A stretch of DNA of 63,275 nt, filler included, from Craspedostauros australis (taxonomy: Eukaryota), in NCBI GenBank assembly GCA_030167865.1. It is 14 parts of 14 records of this genome, joined end to end, with 100 filler letters (N's around TTAATTAATTAA, not from the genome) between each part and the next. Parts side by side here need not be neighbours in the genome. Positions count along the whole stretch, not along the records: positions 9,894 to 18,963 come from JALAGF010004695.1; positions 19,064 to 30,791 come from JALAGF010004696.1; 12 more parts are not named here. One strand, written 5' to 3'. Below are positions 11,449 through 24,333 of the stretch, one piece after another (position 1 is the stretch's first letter; every line of letters starts with the position of its first letter). Both the position numbers and the translations under genes were made by a program. The notes below the pieces were generated by a model. The model had not been told where the DNA came from. It did no database searches and saw nothing but the letters and a program-made list of their open reading frames with translations.

Positions 11449-12320
11449 GAGCATCGATGCTCTGAAAGTCATGAGCCAAGACGGCGGCGCTCGTGCCTCT
11501 GGATAGAGCGCGCATGGTATTGTATGTTTGTGGTGCGTGCAACAGGAACAGTGGAGGTGGCACGGTATCACTCCACCTGTTGATTGCTGAACGTGTCACC
11601 CCATCCCAATATGCAATGTGGTGTTGGTTGGATGTTGAGGACTCTTGTTGCCCGCGCGGATGGTGATGCTTGCAATGCGGTGGGATGGCAACCAGCCAAA
11701 TCCAACTGAGATGGGTCGCAACCAACAGAGGCAATCAACAAAGGCAGTCACATTGGTGGCTTCATCTTTGTCCGAGGCATTGGCTCACACCTCAAGTTGG
11801 TGCTTGCGATGGCAGGCGGACGAGGGTCAGATGTCTTGCAGATGCCACGATGACGCAAGCAAGCGTGGGCCATGGTGCACATGGTGGTGGCGACGATGAC
11901 AGCTCTCTGTGTTTCCGAAGACTTTCACGTTGTTTGCTTCGGATTGGTGTTGCGTTGATTGTGGCCAAACGAGAACTCTGTTGTGGTGCTTCTTTCTTGT
12001 TGTTGGTCGCACGCATTTTCGTGATGGATGGGAACAGAAAGATCCAATCCGCGCGAACCAGACGCGTTTGATCAAGAGAAGGAGACAAACACAGGCAAAC
12101 AGAAGGAGGAGACCATGCGAACAAGACAACAACACATACACACCACTCAACCGCATACTCAACCGCGTGAACAACAGACATCGAATTGCCACTCATATTC
12201 ATCACACAGCGTATGGTGCTCATACTCATACTAATACAAGCTGTTGCATACACAAACATCGATATCTCTTCCATAGGCAGCTCCGACCACAGACATCCTC
12301 GACAGCCAATCCAACGTAAA

Positions 12321-12377
12321 TCGTCCAACGTCCAACGTCCAACGTCCAACGTCCAACGTCCAACGTCAATCGTCCAA
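12321..12377 (+). repeat. Heptamer tandem repeat (AACGTCC)n
   Basis: About 7 tandem copies just upstream of the ankyrin ORF. Confidence 0.9.
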
Positions 12378-12400
12378 CAACCATCGACCATCCTCTCAAA

Positions 12401-13183
12401 ATGCCGAATGTTTCGAACGAACAACTCTTTGATGCTGTCGAGGCAGGTGACTTGTCAGTGTTGAAGGAGTGGAAGAAGCAGAACGAGACACATAATGAAG
12501 GAAATGGTGTCGACAATGTCACAGACTGGAATGGTTCCACTCCCCTTCATGATGCATGCTCCAACGGCCACCTGGAGTGTGTCAAGTACCTCATCGAATC
12601 ATGTGAGGCGGACATCAGCTGCACCGCCAATGATGGTGACACTCCCCTTCATTGGGCATGCTACAACGGCCACCTGGAGTGTGTCAAGTACCTCATCGAA
12701 TCATGTGAGGCGAACATCAACTGCAAAGACAACGATGGTGACACTCCCCTTCATCTGGCATGCTACAACGGCCACCTGGAGTGTATCGAGTACCTCATCG
12801 AATCAGGTAGGGCTAACATCAACTGTCAAAACAACCGAGGTGAAACTCCCCTTCGTTGGGCATGCACGCATGGCCACCTGGAGTGTATGGAGTCCCTCAT
12901 TAGAGGACTTTCACCTTCAGCTCACCCACAACTGCAACAACTGCAGCAACACTTACAACAAAACGAACAAGCAAATGAACAACCACAAGAACAGTTGAGA
13001 CAGCAGTTGAAGCGAAAGAGCCAAGAGAATGAACACAAACACAGCAGCAACAAGAGGACCAACATCAACATTGGAGAAGATCGGCCATATCCTTCCAAAC
13101 CGAGAACAGGGCAGACACCATCCCCTCGTGTGGACAGAGCGACCAACAACAACCAATCAAGGCAAACTCTGGAGTCCTCATGA
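12401..13183 (+). CDS. Ankyrin-repeat protein
   Basis: Four GxTPLHxAC.NGHLECVKYLI repeats with a 34-aa (102-nt) period, followed by a Gln-rich tail. Confidence 0.9.
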   Translation: MPNVSNEQLFDAVEAGDLSVLKEWKKQNETHNEGNGVDNVTDWNGSTPLHDACSNGHLECVKYLIESCEADISCTANDGDTPLHWACYNGHLECVKYLIESCEANINCKDNDGDTPLHLACYNGHLECIEYLIESGRANINCQNNRGETPLRWACTHGHLECMESLIRGLSPSAHPQLQQLQQHLQQNEQANEQPQEQLRQQLKRKSQENEHKHSSNKRTNINIGEDRPYPSKPRTGQTPSPRVDRATNNNQSRQTLESS

Positions 13184-13439
13184 TCGCTGCCCCATCCATT
13201 GAGACACTGATCAACTCTGGAATCCAACATCAATGCGCACATGATGGCACCAAGGACGGCGCGGCTCAATCCAAACAACCATCCCTCTTCCCCACCTCCA
13301 ACCAAGGCACGTCCGATACGTCCTCCAATGCATCTACACAGGCAAGATATCCTTCAATGACAGCGCTCGTGACAACGCCGCCGCTCACATCGGTGCTCAC
13401 GCCAACGCTCACCACGATACAGATGCCTCTCACCAGCCA

Positions 13440-13934
13440 ACTCATATCCTCACTGGACAGGATGATCTGCAACAGCTGATCCTTGTGGCCAACGAGTTCA
13501 GCTTCTGGCGACTCAAGCTTGTTCTTGAAGCAGAGTTGGCCCGCAATCATCTCACAGAAGACACCATGATAGATGTGTTGATATTCGCCCACCAACACAA
13601 CTGCGTGGTGTTGAAGGATATGGCGATGAGAATGGCAGCTGAAAGTGAGAAGGATACGTTCACTCATCTAGATTTAAGCAAACTAATTCTACAACCTCAA
13701 CTGATGGGAGGTATTCGTGTCCTCCGCAATGGGGGAGCGGAGAGTGATGGTATTGATGATGAGTACAGCCACATGTCCATGGTGGAGCTGTACAAGGTTA
13801 TGGATCAGGATGAGGGTACAGCACAAGTGGATTCATACATGGATTGGGTGACATTGGTGGACTTCGTCCGCTCTCTGAGTACCAAATCATCCATAGTGGT
13901 TGAGACGGACGGTGCTGCTGCAGAAGAGGAGTGA
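13440..13934 (+). CDS. BTB/POZ C-terminal plus BACK-like fragment (possibly a broken gene or a downstream exon)
   Basis: LILVANEFSFWRLKLVLEAEL...TMIDVLIFAHQHNCVVLKDMAM resembles the SPOP-type BTB-end/BACK consensus. No ATG upstream of this motif in the frame. Confidence 0.6.
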   Translation, partial: THILTGQDDLQQLILVANEFSFWRLKLVLEAELARNHLTEDTMIDVLIFAHQHNCVVLKDMAMRMAAESEKDTFTHLDLSKLILQPQLMGGIRVLRNGGAESDGIDDEYSHMSMVELYKVMDQDEGTAQVDSYMDWVTLVDFVRSLSTKSSIVVETDGAAAEEE

Positions 13935-15774
13935 AGTGTCAGACCATTTCATACCATGCCATACCGTACCAGAAATCTTCCACAAGTGAACGCATGGCGG
14001 AATTGAGTTGATTGATAAAAATAGTCGTCAGAATAGTCATTAGGATAGTAACTATATGAAAGGAGCTGGAGCAATTTATGATCGATTCATTCAATGGTGC
14101 GTCCGGCATTCCTTCACCGTCCACCCTATCGTTCGCAGCGCGGTCTGGTTGGGCCGCGAGATACGCATAATCTTCTGTGAATGAATTGCAGATGATCCCG
14201 GTTGGCGTATGGCACGTTGGTGTGCATCATCATTTGCCAATGCGACATGAAGACGATGATTCAGCCACCGCTGTCATCGTCATGGTCGTCATTGCCGATC
14301 ATATGGTTTCCGCATTTGCTTGTTTCGTTGGTGTGGAAGGAGGTGCGTGGGAAGCTATGGTGGACCTCGCTGGCGTCATGCATGGCTTGTAGGAATCGAA
14401 TCCAACGTGACGGAGCGGGATGTACTACGGCTGTCAGCTTGTTGGTGGTGGTGGTGCTGCAGTTCGTGCATGATGTCGCGCAGGGCACAAGCGCATGCCA
14501 ACAGCTGCTGTATGGTTTTCGATATGGCGGACCAAGATGATGAGCCATGGGAGAAGTTGCCAACGTCATTGTACACGGTTTCAATAATGGTGGATCCGAT
14601 GAGAGCATGCCTCTATCTCATCGTTTGCGGTTTGTGGCGGAGATGCATCGCTTCGAGCATCGGTATGAGCAGGCGTGGCTGGTTGTGGTGCGTGTTGTGG
14701 AAACTGAGGAACATCTCCGAACTGATGGCTCTGTTGGTCTCGGGAAAGTCGCTGCGTCCGATCTCACGGATGCACCTGTCCAACATGTGCTGAATCTCCG
14801 TTTCAGACAACGCATCGGATGTTTATGTGCGTGGATGCTGCTGCTGATGACTTGAATCCAGACCGCACCATGGGCCATGACAAGTCTTGCCATTGCTGTT
14901 GGTTCTGTTGTTGGCTCTGCGATTTCACATGTCCCAAGCTCTCCTCTACTCCGGAGCAGTTGGTGTGATATCTTCCTTTCGGATGTCGCTGAGCGATGCG
15001 ACAAGTTTGAGATAGCTGTTCATCACCGCTTGCCATTCATCATCGGCATCAGCGTCATCGTTGGCATCGTCATCGTCTCTTGCCATGGTCGCCTTCGTTG
15101 ATTCTGGTTGGCGTGCCATATTTGCGCAGCCGCCGCTTGCTTGATTACTTCATTGCTTCATTGCTCTGCTGCTTGACGGACAACGTCTCAGTGTTGGCTG
15201 ATACCTCCATCAATGCAAACATAGTCATGCCACTTCATCTCTCTTGCTCTCTCTCTCTCTCTCTCTCTCTCTTTTGTGTTGATGTTGATGTTGTTTGATG
15301 GATCATTGTGCAAAATCGGAGATTCGTCATTTGTGCGGCGCCAAGAATTTTTGGCGCGTTTGGTGGGTGCTCGTCTGTCTGCCATCCGTCGTTCATTCAA
15401 CCAATGACACACGCACACACTCGCGACAAACATCACCAATGCGTTGTCTTCGTGCAATGCAACTCTGTTCGACGATGGTGAGGGTGATGGCAACCACTCC
15501 AATGACGCCGCATCCCTTCACATTGGTATCACCACCACCAACACCAACGCAAACACAAACAATCAGACAAGATGACGAGGCATCGACATCCAAGAGGAAC
15601 TGTGGGAAGGCTCGCCAGTTGCTCCGTACCCTTGACCCACCCGTCGTACGATTATGAGTATTACTATGGAACCTTCCATGAGTACGATCTACTCTGGGAG
15701 TTGCCACAGCAAAGCGTCCAGCCTGATACTCTGTTCGAACCTGCGTCCAGCCCGTGCGCTCATGACAATCGAAG

Positions 15775-17623
15775 TTGCTGGAAGAGGACGGTGACAGACT
15801 GATAGCAGAGAAGCAAACGGAGACCAGGCGACCGCAACAGGCCGACACGAAATCGAAGGCGAACAAGCCCACCAGCGTTGCCAAAGAGGCCAAACCAGCT
15901 GCAAAATCAGGTGGTCGTGCCAGTGTCAGCACAGATACACCAAGCAGCGCCAATAGAAGGACAGCCAAAGATGCGAAAGCTTCGGCTGTGAAACGATCAC
16001 GTGCAAAGAGTCTGGAGATGCTCGACATGCAAGCTCACGAGATGTCATTCAGCTCCCTTGATCCCAACAAGTTCATCAACAACGAATCGATGCCGGTGCC
16101 AATCACCCCAGGTGGACTCAGCTTCGCCACAGCCCCAGCACTTAGCGCAACCCGCAAATGGAGCAGTCAAGACAAGATGATGCTTGCGCAGAGTCGGAGA
16201 CGCAGGCCAAGGACACAAACGAATTCCAACGCAACGACCAGCGGCGACAAATCGAGGAGCAAGAGTTTGGAATTCTCGAAGGACGGACACAACATGCCAG
16301 TCACACCAGACACATTAGGCACATTGAGCGCAGCCAGCACCCTGGCTCTACCTCGAGTGGCGACAACGGAGACGTCACGCAGCAACAGCCTGGAGTCACG
16401 CTCCAATCTTCCAAATCTCCACGATGATGACAACGTCGACGTTGCGACAAGTGCTGCTGCAACGAATGGTGGGAGAAGCTTGGCGGCCCCTGTCACGCCT
16501 GGAGGTCGGAGCTCAGCATCTACACCAGCCCCGTTCAGCCACATACATGAATAGAGACAACAGTCTTCGTCGTTGAACAAGCGCAGGTCGACGTTGGCAA
16601 GCATCCTCAAGATCAAATCATCATCATTACGTGAAGTGTCGTCAACCAATCCTCCCAAATCGAAGCAACGACCATCTCTCGAATCCCGACCATCGCAATT
16701 GGCCGACCTTGCCTTGACCAAAGCATCCGCAACGGCGTCATCATCATCGCCGTCACCACCGTCATCATCATCACAGTCCAAATCCAAGCTCAATCTTCAA
16801 CAGTTCGAACGCAACCACGGAGGTGTCTCGGCCACAACCCCAAGCCCCATCCAGTCCTGGAGCCTTGAGTTTGGGAATCGAATTGCAATCGAGCAAGAAG
16901 GAACGAGGGGCTCCTTCTCACAACAGATCTGCATGCAGTTCGTTGCGCCCAAGTGAAGACTCGAAGCAACGACGTTCACGCGGACGAAGCACGGGTGCTC
17001 TGCGTGAGGCGATCAAGGAAAGGATCTCCAAGGTGCTTGGCAATGGCCCCCGACGTCACCACTCCAGCAAAACAAGAGACGTGTCATCACCATCGATACC
17101 ACCATCGTTATCACCGTCGCCACGGCATCGGCGGAGAAGCGCGCATCACACCAGTGGCAAACCGCACTCGACATCGTCAAGATCAAAGAGTGTGGAGCGT
17201 TCGCCATCATTGCGTCATCGTCGTGACGGAGCAATTCACACTTGCTCCTCTGGAAGAAGCCGCCGCTCGCCATCGGTGCGGAGTCGTCGAAGTCCGTCCG
17301 ATCGCGATCACAGAAGAACTGCGCAAGTATCGATGGACTCATCGCCATCATCACGGCGACAACGAGCATCTGGCAGTTCGGATGATGTGAACGCAGCCTC
17401 GCGTTCACGCCAATCCAACTCAAATGCGCACTCCACCGGTACTGGTTTGCACCAACGCAAGGGCTCACCTTCCCGAACGCATGCCCGGGGAAGTTCACGA
17501 AGACCAAATCAATGTGGCCGTAGCCAATCGACACCACGTGGCGAAGATCAGCGAAGGAAGTCCTCTGATGAACGATCACCATCGGCGCGACAACAAAGCA
17601 GATCAAGAGGATATCGAAATTAG
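15775..17623 (+). pseudogene. Disrupted Ser/Arg-rich low-complexity protein
   Basis: 15775-16554 and 16573-16956 share a frame split by one TAG, and the sequence continues in another frame (16823-17623). Repeated RSKSLE and PVTPGG motifs. Confidence 0.5.
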
Positions 17624-18639
17624 AGCGTCGAACGGCACAGCGATGAGAGAGATGAAGATGGACGACATGGCGAACAACAACATGGCAACAAACGTTCGTC
17701 ATCACACGAGGCCCTTCAATCAAATTGTTGTGGACGAAGCAGATCATCGACTCGCGATGCTGTCTACCATGAGAAGCTGTCTGACACAAAGCCACTGCAA
17801 CTCATATCAAAGAAAGCAGTCAGGAACAAGAGCGCGTCTCAGTACCGCCATCCCTTGATGAATGGTACCAAAACTCCCACCCTGTGATGCATCACGACAT
17901 GATGGGATGGAATGAGATGGATGGGCCGCTCCGTATTTGTATCATACTCATAGAGGTATGGTAGACTCATGTCGCTGTATGAAATACACCTACGAATAAA
18001 CTGTACTTCTCTACGTATGTTTGGAACAGTACCGCATGCACTATATCTGCTCGTGCAATAGAACACTGTGATGAAGTCACCGGATGTTTCAAGAGATTGA
18101 AGGGCTGGATACTGCTCCCGCGCTGCCTCTGCCTTGTCTACGACTACTCGTGTGCGCCCTCTGCAGTACATACCCACACAGGGATGTTGCCGATGTCATT
18201 CACGAACGGATTGGACATCTGTGGTTCCATCCACACTCCGCCATGAGCATCGTTGTTGGTTCGTTGCTCAGACAAAGGACGCATGGCAGCAGCATTATCA
18301 CAAGCCGTGCGGTCGTCACCGTGCCGCCGGATTCACACACAGAACACTCCACTCCAAGTCACACTGCCAAACAGATTGAAAGCTACAGTGCCGATGCCAG
18401 CCGATCCAAGCTTCTGAAAGAGGCGATCTACGAAGAGCACATGGCGAACAAGGCAGAGGGAGATGATGAGAAGTCACGAGGAGCATGGGTGCTGCACGGT
18501 TCCATCGACTGTCTCGTATCACGCTATTGTCCTCATCTCTCCATGAGTTGCACTCCGCCATTGTGCCAGAACTGCAGTCGAGACCCTTGCCAAGCCCCAG
18601 GAGGAGTGATCACTCGCGGTTACAGCAACAATTGCCAGG

Positions 18640-18963
18640 GTCACCATCCATTCCAATCTTCGAAGCGAGCAGTGCCAGCGCGGCGGAAAGACAAGAACCG
18701 ACGAGCCAGCGCAGTCCAAACATCCAGAGAGCTTGACGAGCAAAAGAAGAAACCAACGAATCAACCAACCAACCAACAAGCAACCCCATGCAGAGTGCGA
18801 GTGCCGTATTGCGGATCATGGTTGGCACAGAGTTTCCGTATGGCACAAGAAGCACATGGTCAGCGATCCCTGGCCCATTCGCGCACCGTATACCCACATG
18901 TCCTCCTTCGTGGTGCTCCCAACTTCGTTGATGAGGCGGATGTTCCTGTCGATCGCCTCAGTT
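18640..18963 (+). repeat. Dispersed repeat family C, copy 2 (cut by contig end)
   Basis: Direct copy of 11123-11448. Confidence 0.9.
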
Positions 18964-19289
18964 NNNNNNNNNNNNNNNNNNNNNNNNNNNNNNNNNNNNN
19001 NNNNNNNTTAATTAATTAANNNNNNNNNNNNNNNNNNNNNNNNNNNNNNNNNNNNNNNNNNNNAATATTGCATACACGGTTGCCATACGTACCATGCCAG
19101 CACGAATGTGGTTACCTCTGTGATATTCGTATTATGACGCACCCTGGTTGCCGTCGGCTTCGCTGCCAGTATAGCACACCCGCCTCCTGCCTCATGTCCC
19201 CAGAGAAGAGATAGTGACATCTTCTTTCCACTTCGCCGTGCACCCCTTCGCATACACGTCGGTACGCCCAACGCGGTCCGAGAGCGACA

Positions 19290-19750
19290 GTTGTGTGCTG
19301 TCCTGCTGACCCTGCATTGACACCAGTGGTACTTGTGGACGAGTAAATGCAGGGCCAGCCTCGCCACTGGAACTGTTGCATCAACGATGGGGGCAAAAGA
19401 GGCACAGGATCACATCCCGAGAACGAAAATACTATCACCAGAGCACTTCCAGTTCGCTCATGCCAGAAAGACTGAGTTCACTTGACGAGCTTTCGCTGCA
19501 TTCCGCTTCATGATACCACTGCAACGCGAGAGGCGCTCCGAAAGTTGCCAGCAAGAGATTGTGCTTCTTCTCTCGAGCCGTACGATACATGGGGCTCGTC
19601 CTCTGCACGCACACACGCACACACAACACAAACCTACAGCCGCAGATGCTCGTCTCGCGCTTCTTCGTGGATGAAGTTTGCTCGTCGCAACTCACTCCTC
19701 GTCCTCACAAAAAGCATTCGCTGACAACCAAAACAACGAGCAACACACAG
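19290..19750 (+). repeat. Dispersed repeat family B, copy 1
   Basis: Blocks such as GCAGGGCCAGCCTCGCCACTGGAACTGTTGCATCAACGAT and CTCACAAAAAGCATTCGCTGACAACC occur reverse-complemented at 33301-33770. Confidence 0.85.
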
Positions 19751-20077
19751 CAACCAGCAACCAGCANNNNNNNNNNNNNNNNNNNNNNNNNNNNNNNNNN
19801 NNNNNNNNNNNNNNNNNNNNNNNNNNNNNNNNNNNNNNNNNNNNNNNNNNNNNNNNNNNNNNNNNNNNNNNNNNNNNNNNNNNNNNNNNNNNNNNNNNNN
19901 NNNNNNNNNNNNNNNNNNNNNNNNNNNNNNNNNNNNNNNNNNNNNNNNNNNNNNNNNNNNNNNNNNTGGATGATCATCCAACTCACATCTCCGTTTGCAC
20001 CGACATGCGTCTGCATCGTCCATTGTCCATCGCAACTCTCAATGTGTATCCTCCTCCCGCTTCCTCCATCACAATAG

Positions 20078-21204
20078 AATTGCAACTCATGCTCCAGAGA
20101 ACTCGCCGTCTCAAAGGTGCCGGCCGCAGCCTTCAGAAGAAGAAATCCAGGAAAGGAGGATTTCTGCCCAAGCAACCAGGGGTTGACACGGAGGCATGGA
20201 GGCGCAGCGACTCTGCTTGGTACTACGAGCAACTCGGTCAAATTCAAAGCATGGAACTCATCGAGCAACTGGCTAGAGTCACCGTCATTCCTGTCGGTGG
20301 TCCGGACACCACGCTTGNCNNCNCANTGGACNCGNNTGTTGGTGTCGATGCCTGCGTGGACGGCAATCCAGGGATCGGACGAANCGGGGAATTCACNGAG
20401 ACGNCTTGCGNTACTCTCAAGAAGCTCATCGAGTTTTGGTCGCTGGATCCTGCCATCGACAACACGCAAGTGGCAAGGATCCAAATGCAAGGTGTGAAGG
20501 GACAACTTCTGGCAAATACAGCCTTGCTGAAGGAAACCTTCGCCGGTTCTCCATTCATCAGTGACGAACTCATCCAACGGCTGCAGGCAGGGATCCAGAT
20601 GGGGCTGCCAGGTGGTTTCAACAACCCTCTGCTCACGTCCAGCACGGCTGTTAATGGGCTACTGACCGACGCAGGAACGCTTATCGAGCCAATTATCGAT
20701 CCATCCGGCGCCAGGACCTTCCAGGAATTCTCCACCGCTTCCATCAGTCTTGGAGACGGTTTCATGGATAGGTTGGCAGAAATGGATCTCGCATCAACCT
20801 TCTTTCTGGAGAGGGTCATCGTCAATCTCTTCCCCTTATTCTTCATCTCCGTTGTTGAACCAATTTCCAGCACAAATCCTCCCGGGTTGGCTCCGGAAAC
20901 GCCAATCGACACCGATTTCCGTCTTACCGAACGTGATGTCATCCGCCATACGATGGAGGGATACTTTTTTGCTCATATGAAGGGTACCCTCTATTTTGAT
21001 ACCTTCTGTGACATGTTGGAGCAGCCGCGCGGATCCGGAGCGCGTGGCAACTGCGGTTTCATCGTCGGCGCAAAGCTTGCTGAGATGGACGGGGAGGTGG
21101 TGAATGCGAAGAGGGTCATCGAATATGCCAGAGCCAACAGGGATGGCATTTTGAGCGCCGACCCATCCATCTGCCCAACCCCACCCGGCTGCTTCGATGG
21201 TTGA
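20078..21204 (+). CDS. Secreted-type protein, probable neutral zinc metallopeptidase family homologue without HExxH (last exon)
   Basis: Long open frame. Pyrimidine tract and TAG acceptor at 20075-20077; first in-frame ATG after it at 20089. RRL/RSLQ propeptide-like motifs; motifs EFW, GGFNNPLLT, SLGDG, GYFFAH.KG, GNCGF. Confidence 0.6.
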
Positions 21205-21730
21205 GCTGTCAACCTTTGCGCACCTTGTCGATGCGAAAGCCATACTTGCGAATGCCCATGTCGGCATCAAACTTAAAAACCATAATATAATGTCATATGT
21301 TCGTTACTAATTCATGGAATTGAACGATCATCGATCTCCCCCAGAGATCTCATTCATACTTGCATTTGTACTTGTGAGAGTTGTTGATCGAGGTCTTGGT
21401 GCGAGCGGAGAGAGTCCGTGCCGCTTGGTGGAAGCACTCGTAGATCGTACCATATGCCACGTAGTACGAGCTACACACACAGAGCCGAGCACACACCAAC
21501 GGTGGGCGACTGCACACGGCCATACGAGCGAGCGCAACAATTGCGAGCGGAGTAGAGGACAGCGGAGTAGTTTGGTTTGATCGAAGCAACCTTGTTTTCG
21601 CCCATGGCGCAGCGACCTTCAAAGTTCCAACCAGATGTCGCATAGTTTCGGAACTCCGGCAACTCAAACCAATCAGAAATAAAACTATAACAGTACCAAA
21701 AAGACAGCAAACAACACGAAAAACATCACG

Positions 21731-24333
21731 ATGACAAGCAACGGATCGACCATGGCGAGCCGTGACAATGGGCCACTTTCAAACAACGACGACGGCAATA
21801 CAGAGCAACCCTTGCACAACATCTCCCAAGATAAGGAACCGCCTCATCGCAGCAGTGTTATGGCAAAAAGAGCGGAGTCCAACGGAGCAGAAACGGGGAT
21901 ACCCGACCCAGATGAGTTCTCCATTGGATACAAGCCACGAACAAGCACGTGGAAGACAACCGAGAAGAAGTATGGACACGACATCGAGCCATTCGAGTCG
22001 TCCACTGGCCAGCACTCCATCGACTACATGGCAGGTCAGATGTGGAGCGCGAGAGCCAAATGGTACGGTAAGGACGAGTCGGAGGCATCCGCAGCCAATC
22101 CATCTGTGAAAGACTGGGAGCTTTTCTTCCGGCGCGTACTCAACGGTCGTCACACCCAGTATGGCCCCATGAGCTTGCCTTCCGATGACCCGCGCCGCAA
22201 ACGTGTGAGCATGGCAATCATGAGAATGGCGTCCACTAACCCCAAGAAGGTGTTCTCTATCACCAAGGGTGGGGGCATCAGCTCCAGGTCTCGCCCAGCC
22301 CGAGCATGGGAAGCCGCCCGCCGTGTACTCGGCACCAACTACGACATAGGCACGGCCCCGGCTACCAGCGACACTGGAGAGATTGGCAACGAAGACGAGG
22401 AGGCACCACCCAAACACACAGAGACACCGCACTCCCCCGAGTCAGCAGCATCCAATCCATCCCCTGGAGGCTCCAAGCCGACAAAGCGGACCAGGATCTC
22501 AAGCTCGCCCAGGCGTCAGGCGTCGGTGCTGGGCACAAGCACGAACAGATTCGCGGCGCTGAACGCAGAAGAACCAGACACCCAATCCGACAGCCCAGTG
22601 GAAACGCAGCCAGGCCCCGGCCAAGATGAATCACGTCCAAACCAAGGCGGGGCGCATCTTGGGGCCACGGCCAACGGCTCAACCAACGGCAAAGCCCGTC
22701 GGGTGCGGCCAGGAGTGACATTCAGCCAGGTTGCCTCAGAGATCGATGTTGAAGACATCTCAGTCAAGTCAAACTCAAGTCAAACCCTCATTGGGCTGCC
22801 CAGTCTTCAGCACACGACCAGGTTTATGTTCAAGATCAAGGCAGATCAAACAGAACCGGACACGACCAAAGCCCTTCGAGACAGGATTGTGGCCTGGTTC
22901 CGACAAGTGCGCATCACTGACCCATCAGCTGTCATCCTCCCATGGAAAGACACGCTCGAAGAACGCAGATACATTCAGCATGTGGGCCAAGTTCCCACCG
23001 AACTAAATGAGCTGCGTGTGTTCTTCAAGGGCATCCGAGCCTCCACCATGGACAGTGGCTTGACCTACACAAATGTCCGGATCACTACAGACATGCACCC
23101 AACAAACATCACGGCCGAGAGGGATGCAGAAATGAACCCGTACTACTACAAAACTCAAGAGGGTCTGTACATCAGCACACTCCAAGTCGAAAGCACGAAG
23201 GAGATCGGATTCCTGCTGTACTCGGGAGGCTTCAATGACGTGAAGGGCACAATGGAGCTCATTAACCGGGAGTTCCGCAGGCGCAACAAGAATACCAGAG
23301 TAGGAGGCAAGATGAAGAATCTGGTGGCAGTATGCGACGTGACAAAGGAGAAGTACAAAAACAGTGGCAAGCACTGGACCATGCAGCCGTGGCGCGCAAT
23401 CAAAGTCGAGACGGAGAGTTCGCAGGCGCCCATTGCGGTGGAGAGGCTGTGTGAGCTGCTCAACGAGGATGCAAATAGGCCTGCGGGCCTCCGACTACGC
23501 TTCCTCCCGGAGACTCGATATGAGCAGATGACAGCGAAGAAGAAGAGGCATCGGGACATGCTGATCCAAAAACATCAGGCCGTGTTATCGGGCCTCAAGT
23601 ACGTTGACACGGCAGGTGTTGCGAAGCTTGACGACCCAATACACGGTGACAATAGGGAGCATATCTCCCTCAGGGCACACATCATGGGGATGCGGAACGA
23701 CAAGGTCTTCCAATTTTTCAAAGCCTTGACATGGCACGAGCACACGACGACCAACTCATTGGTCACGTGTTCGAGGAGAACATGGCGCAGGCCATGGCAA
23801 TCATGAGTCTCCTTCCAGCGATAGCACGAATCCAGCTGGGCACCAAGACGGAGAAGTGGTTCAGCATTGACGCGTGGTATGCCAATCTCAACGTCACGTA
23901 CGACCCAGAGACCAAGGAATACAACGCACCTGACAACAGCAACCTGGAGCACCTGCTGGAGGAGGAGTTCCCAGCCAGTGTGGTCATCACAAACCTTCCA
24001 GCAGAACTGGATGGAGGGGTGAACCACCGGCCTGCAGCGTTGGACTATCGAAGTCTGTTCGGGACGGGCACCACAGTGGGGTCGCATATGACAATGAACT
24101 CTGCAATGACAGGAGCGCCTGGCGATGCTGACGCGGGGTCAATCGAGACCACGGCGTCGGAGAAACGCAGAGAAGCCACGAGGGCAGCCGCGTTGGAGCA
24201 AGAAAGACAGAGGAAGACCTCTCTGGATCAAGCACGGCTGGAGATACAGAGAGCCGAAATTGACAAACTGCGGCGCCTACTCGAAAAGCAACAAAGCCAC
24301 GCCAACCCCGGGGCCGGGGAACCGCCGCCATGA
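21731..24333 (+). CDS. LINE ORF1 protein, split by one -1 frame change near 23700
   Basis: ORFs 21731-23806 and 23731-24333 overlap; the second frame is open from 23656. It has a coiled-coil-like C-terminus, and its TGA overlaps the ORF2 ATG. Confidence 0.8.
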
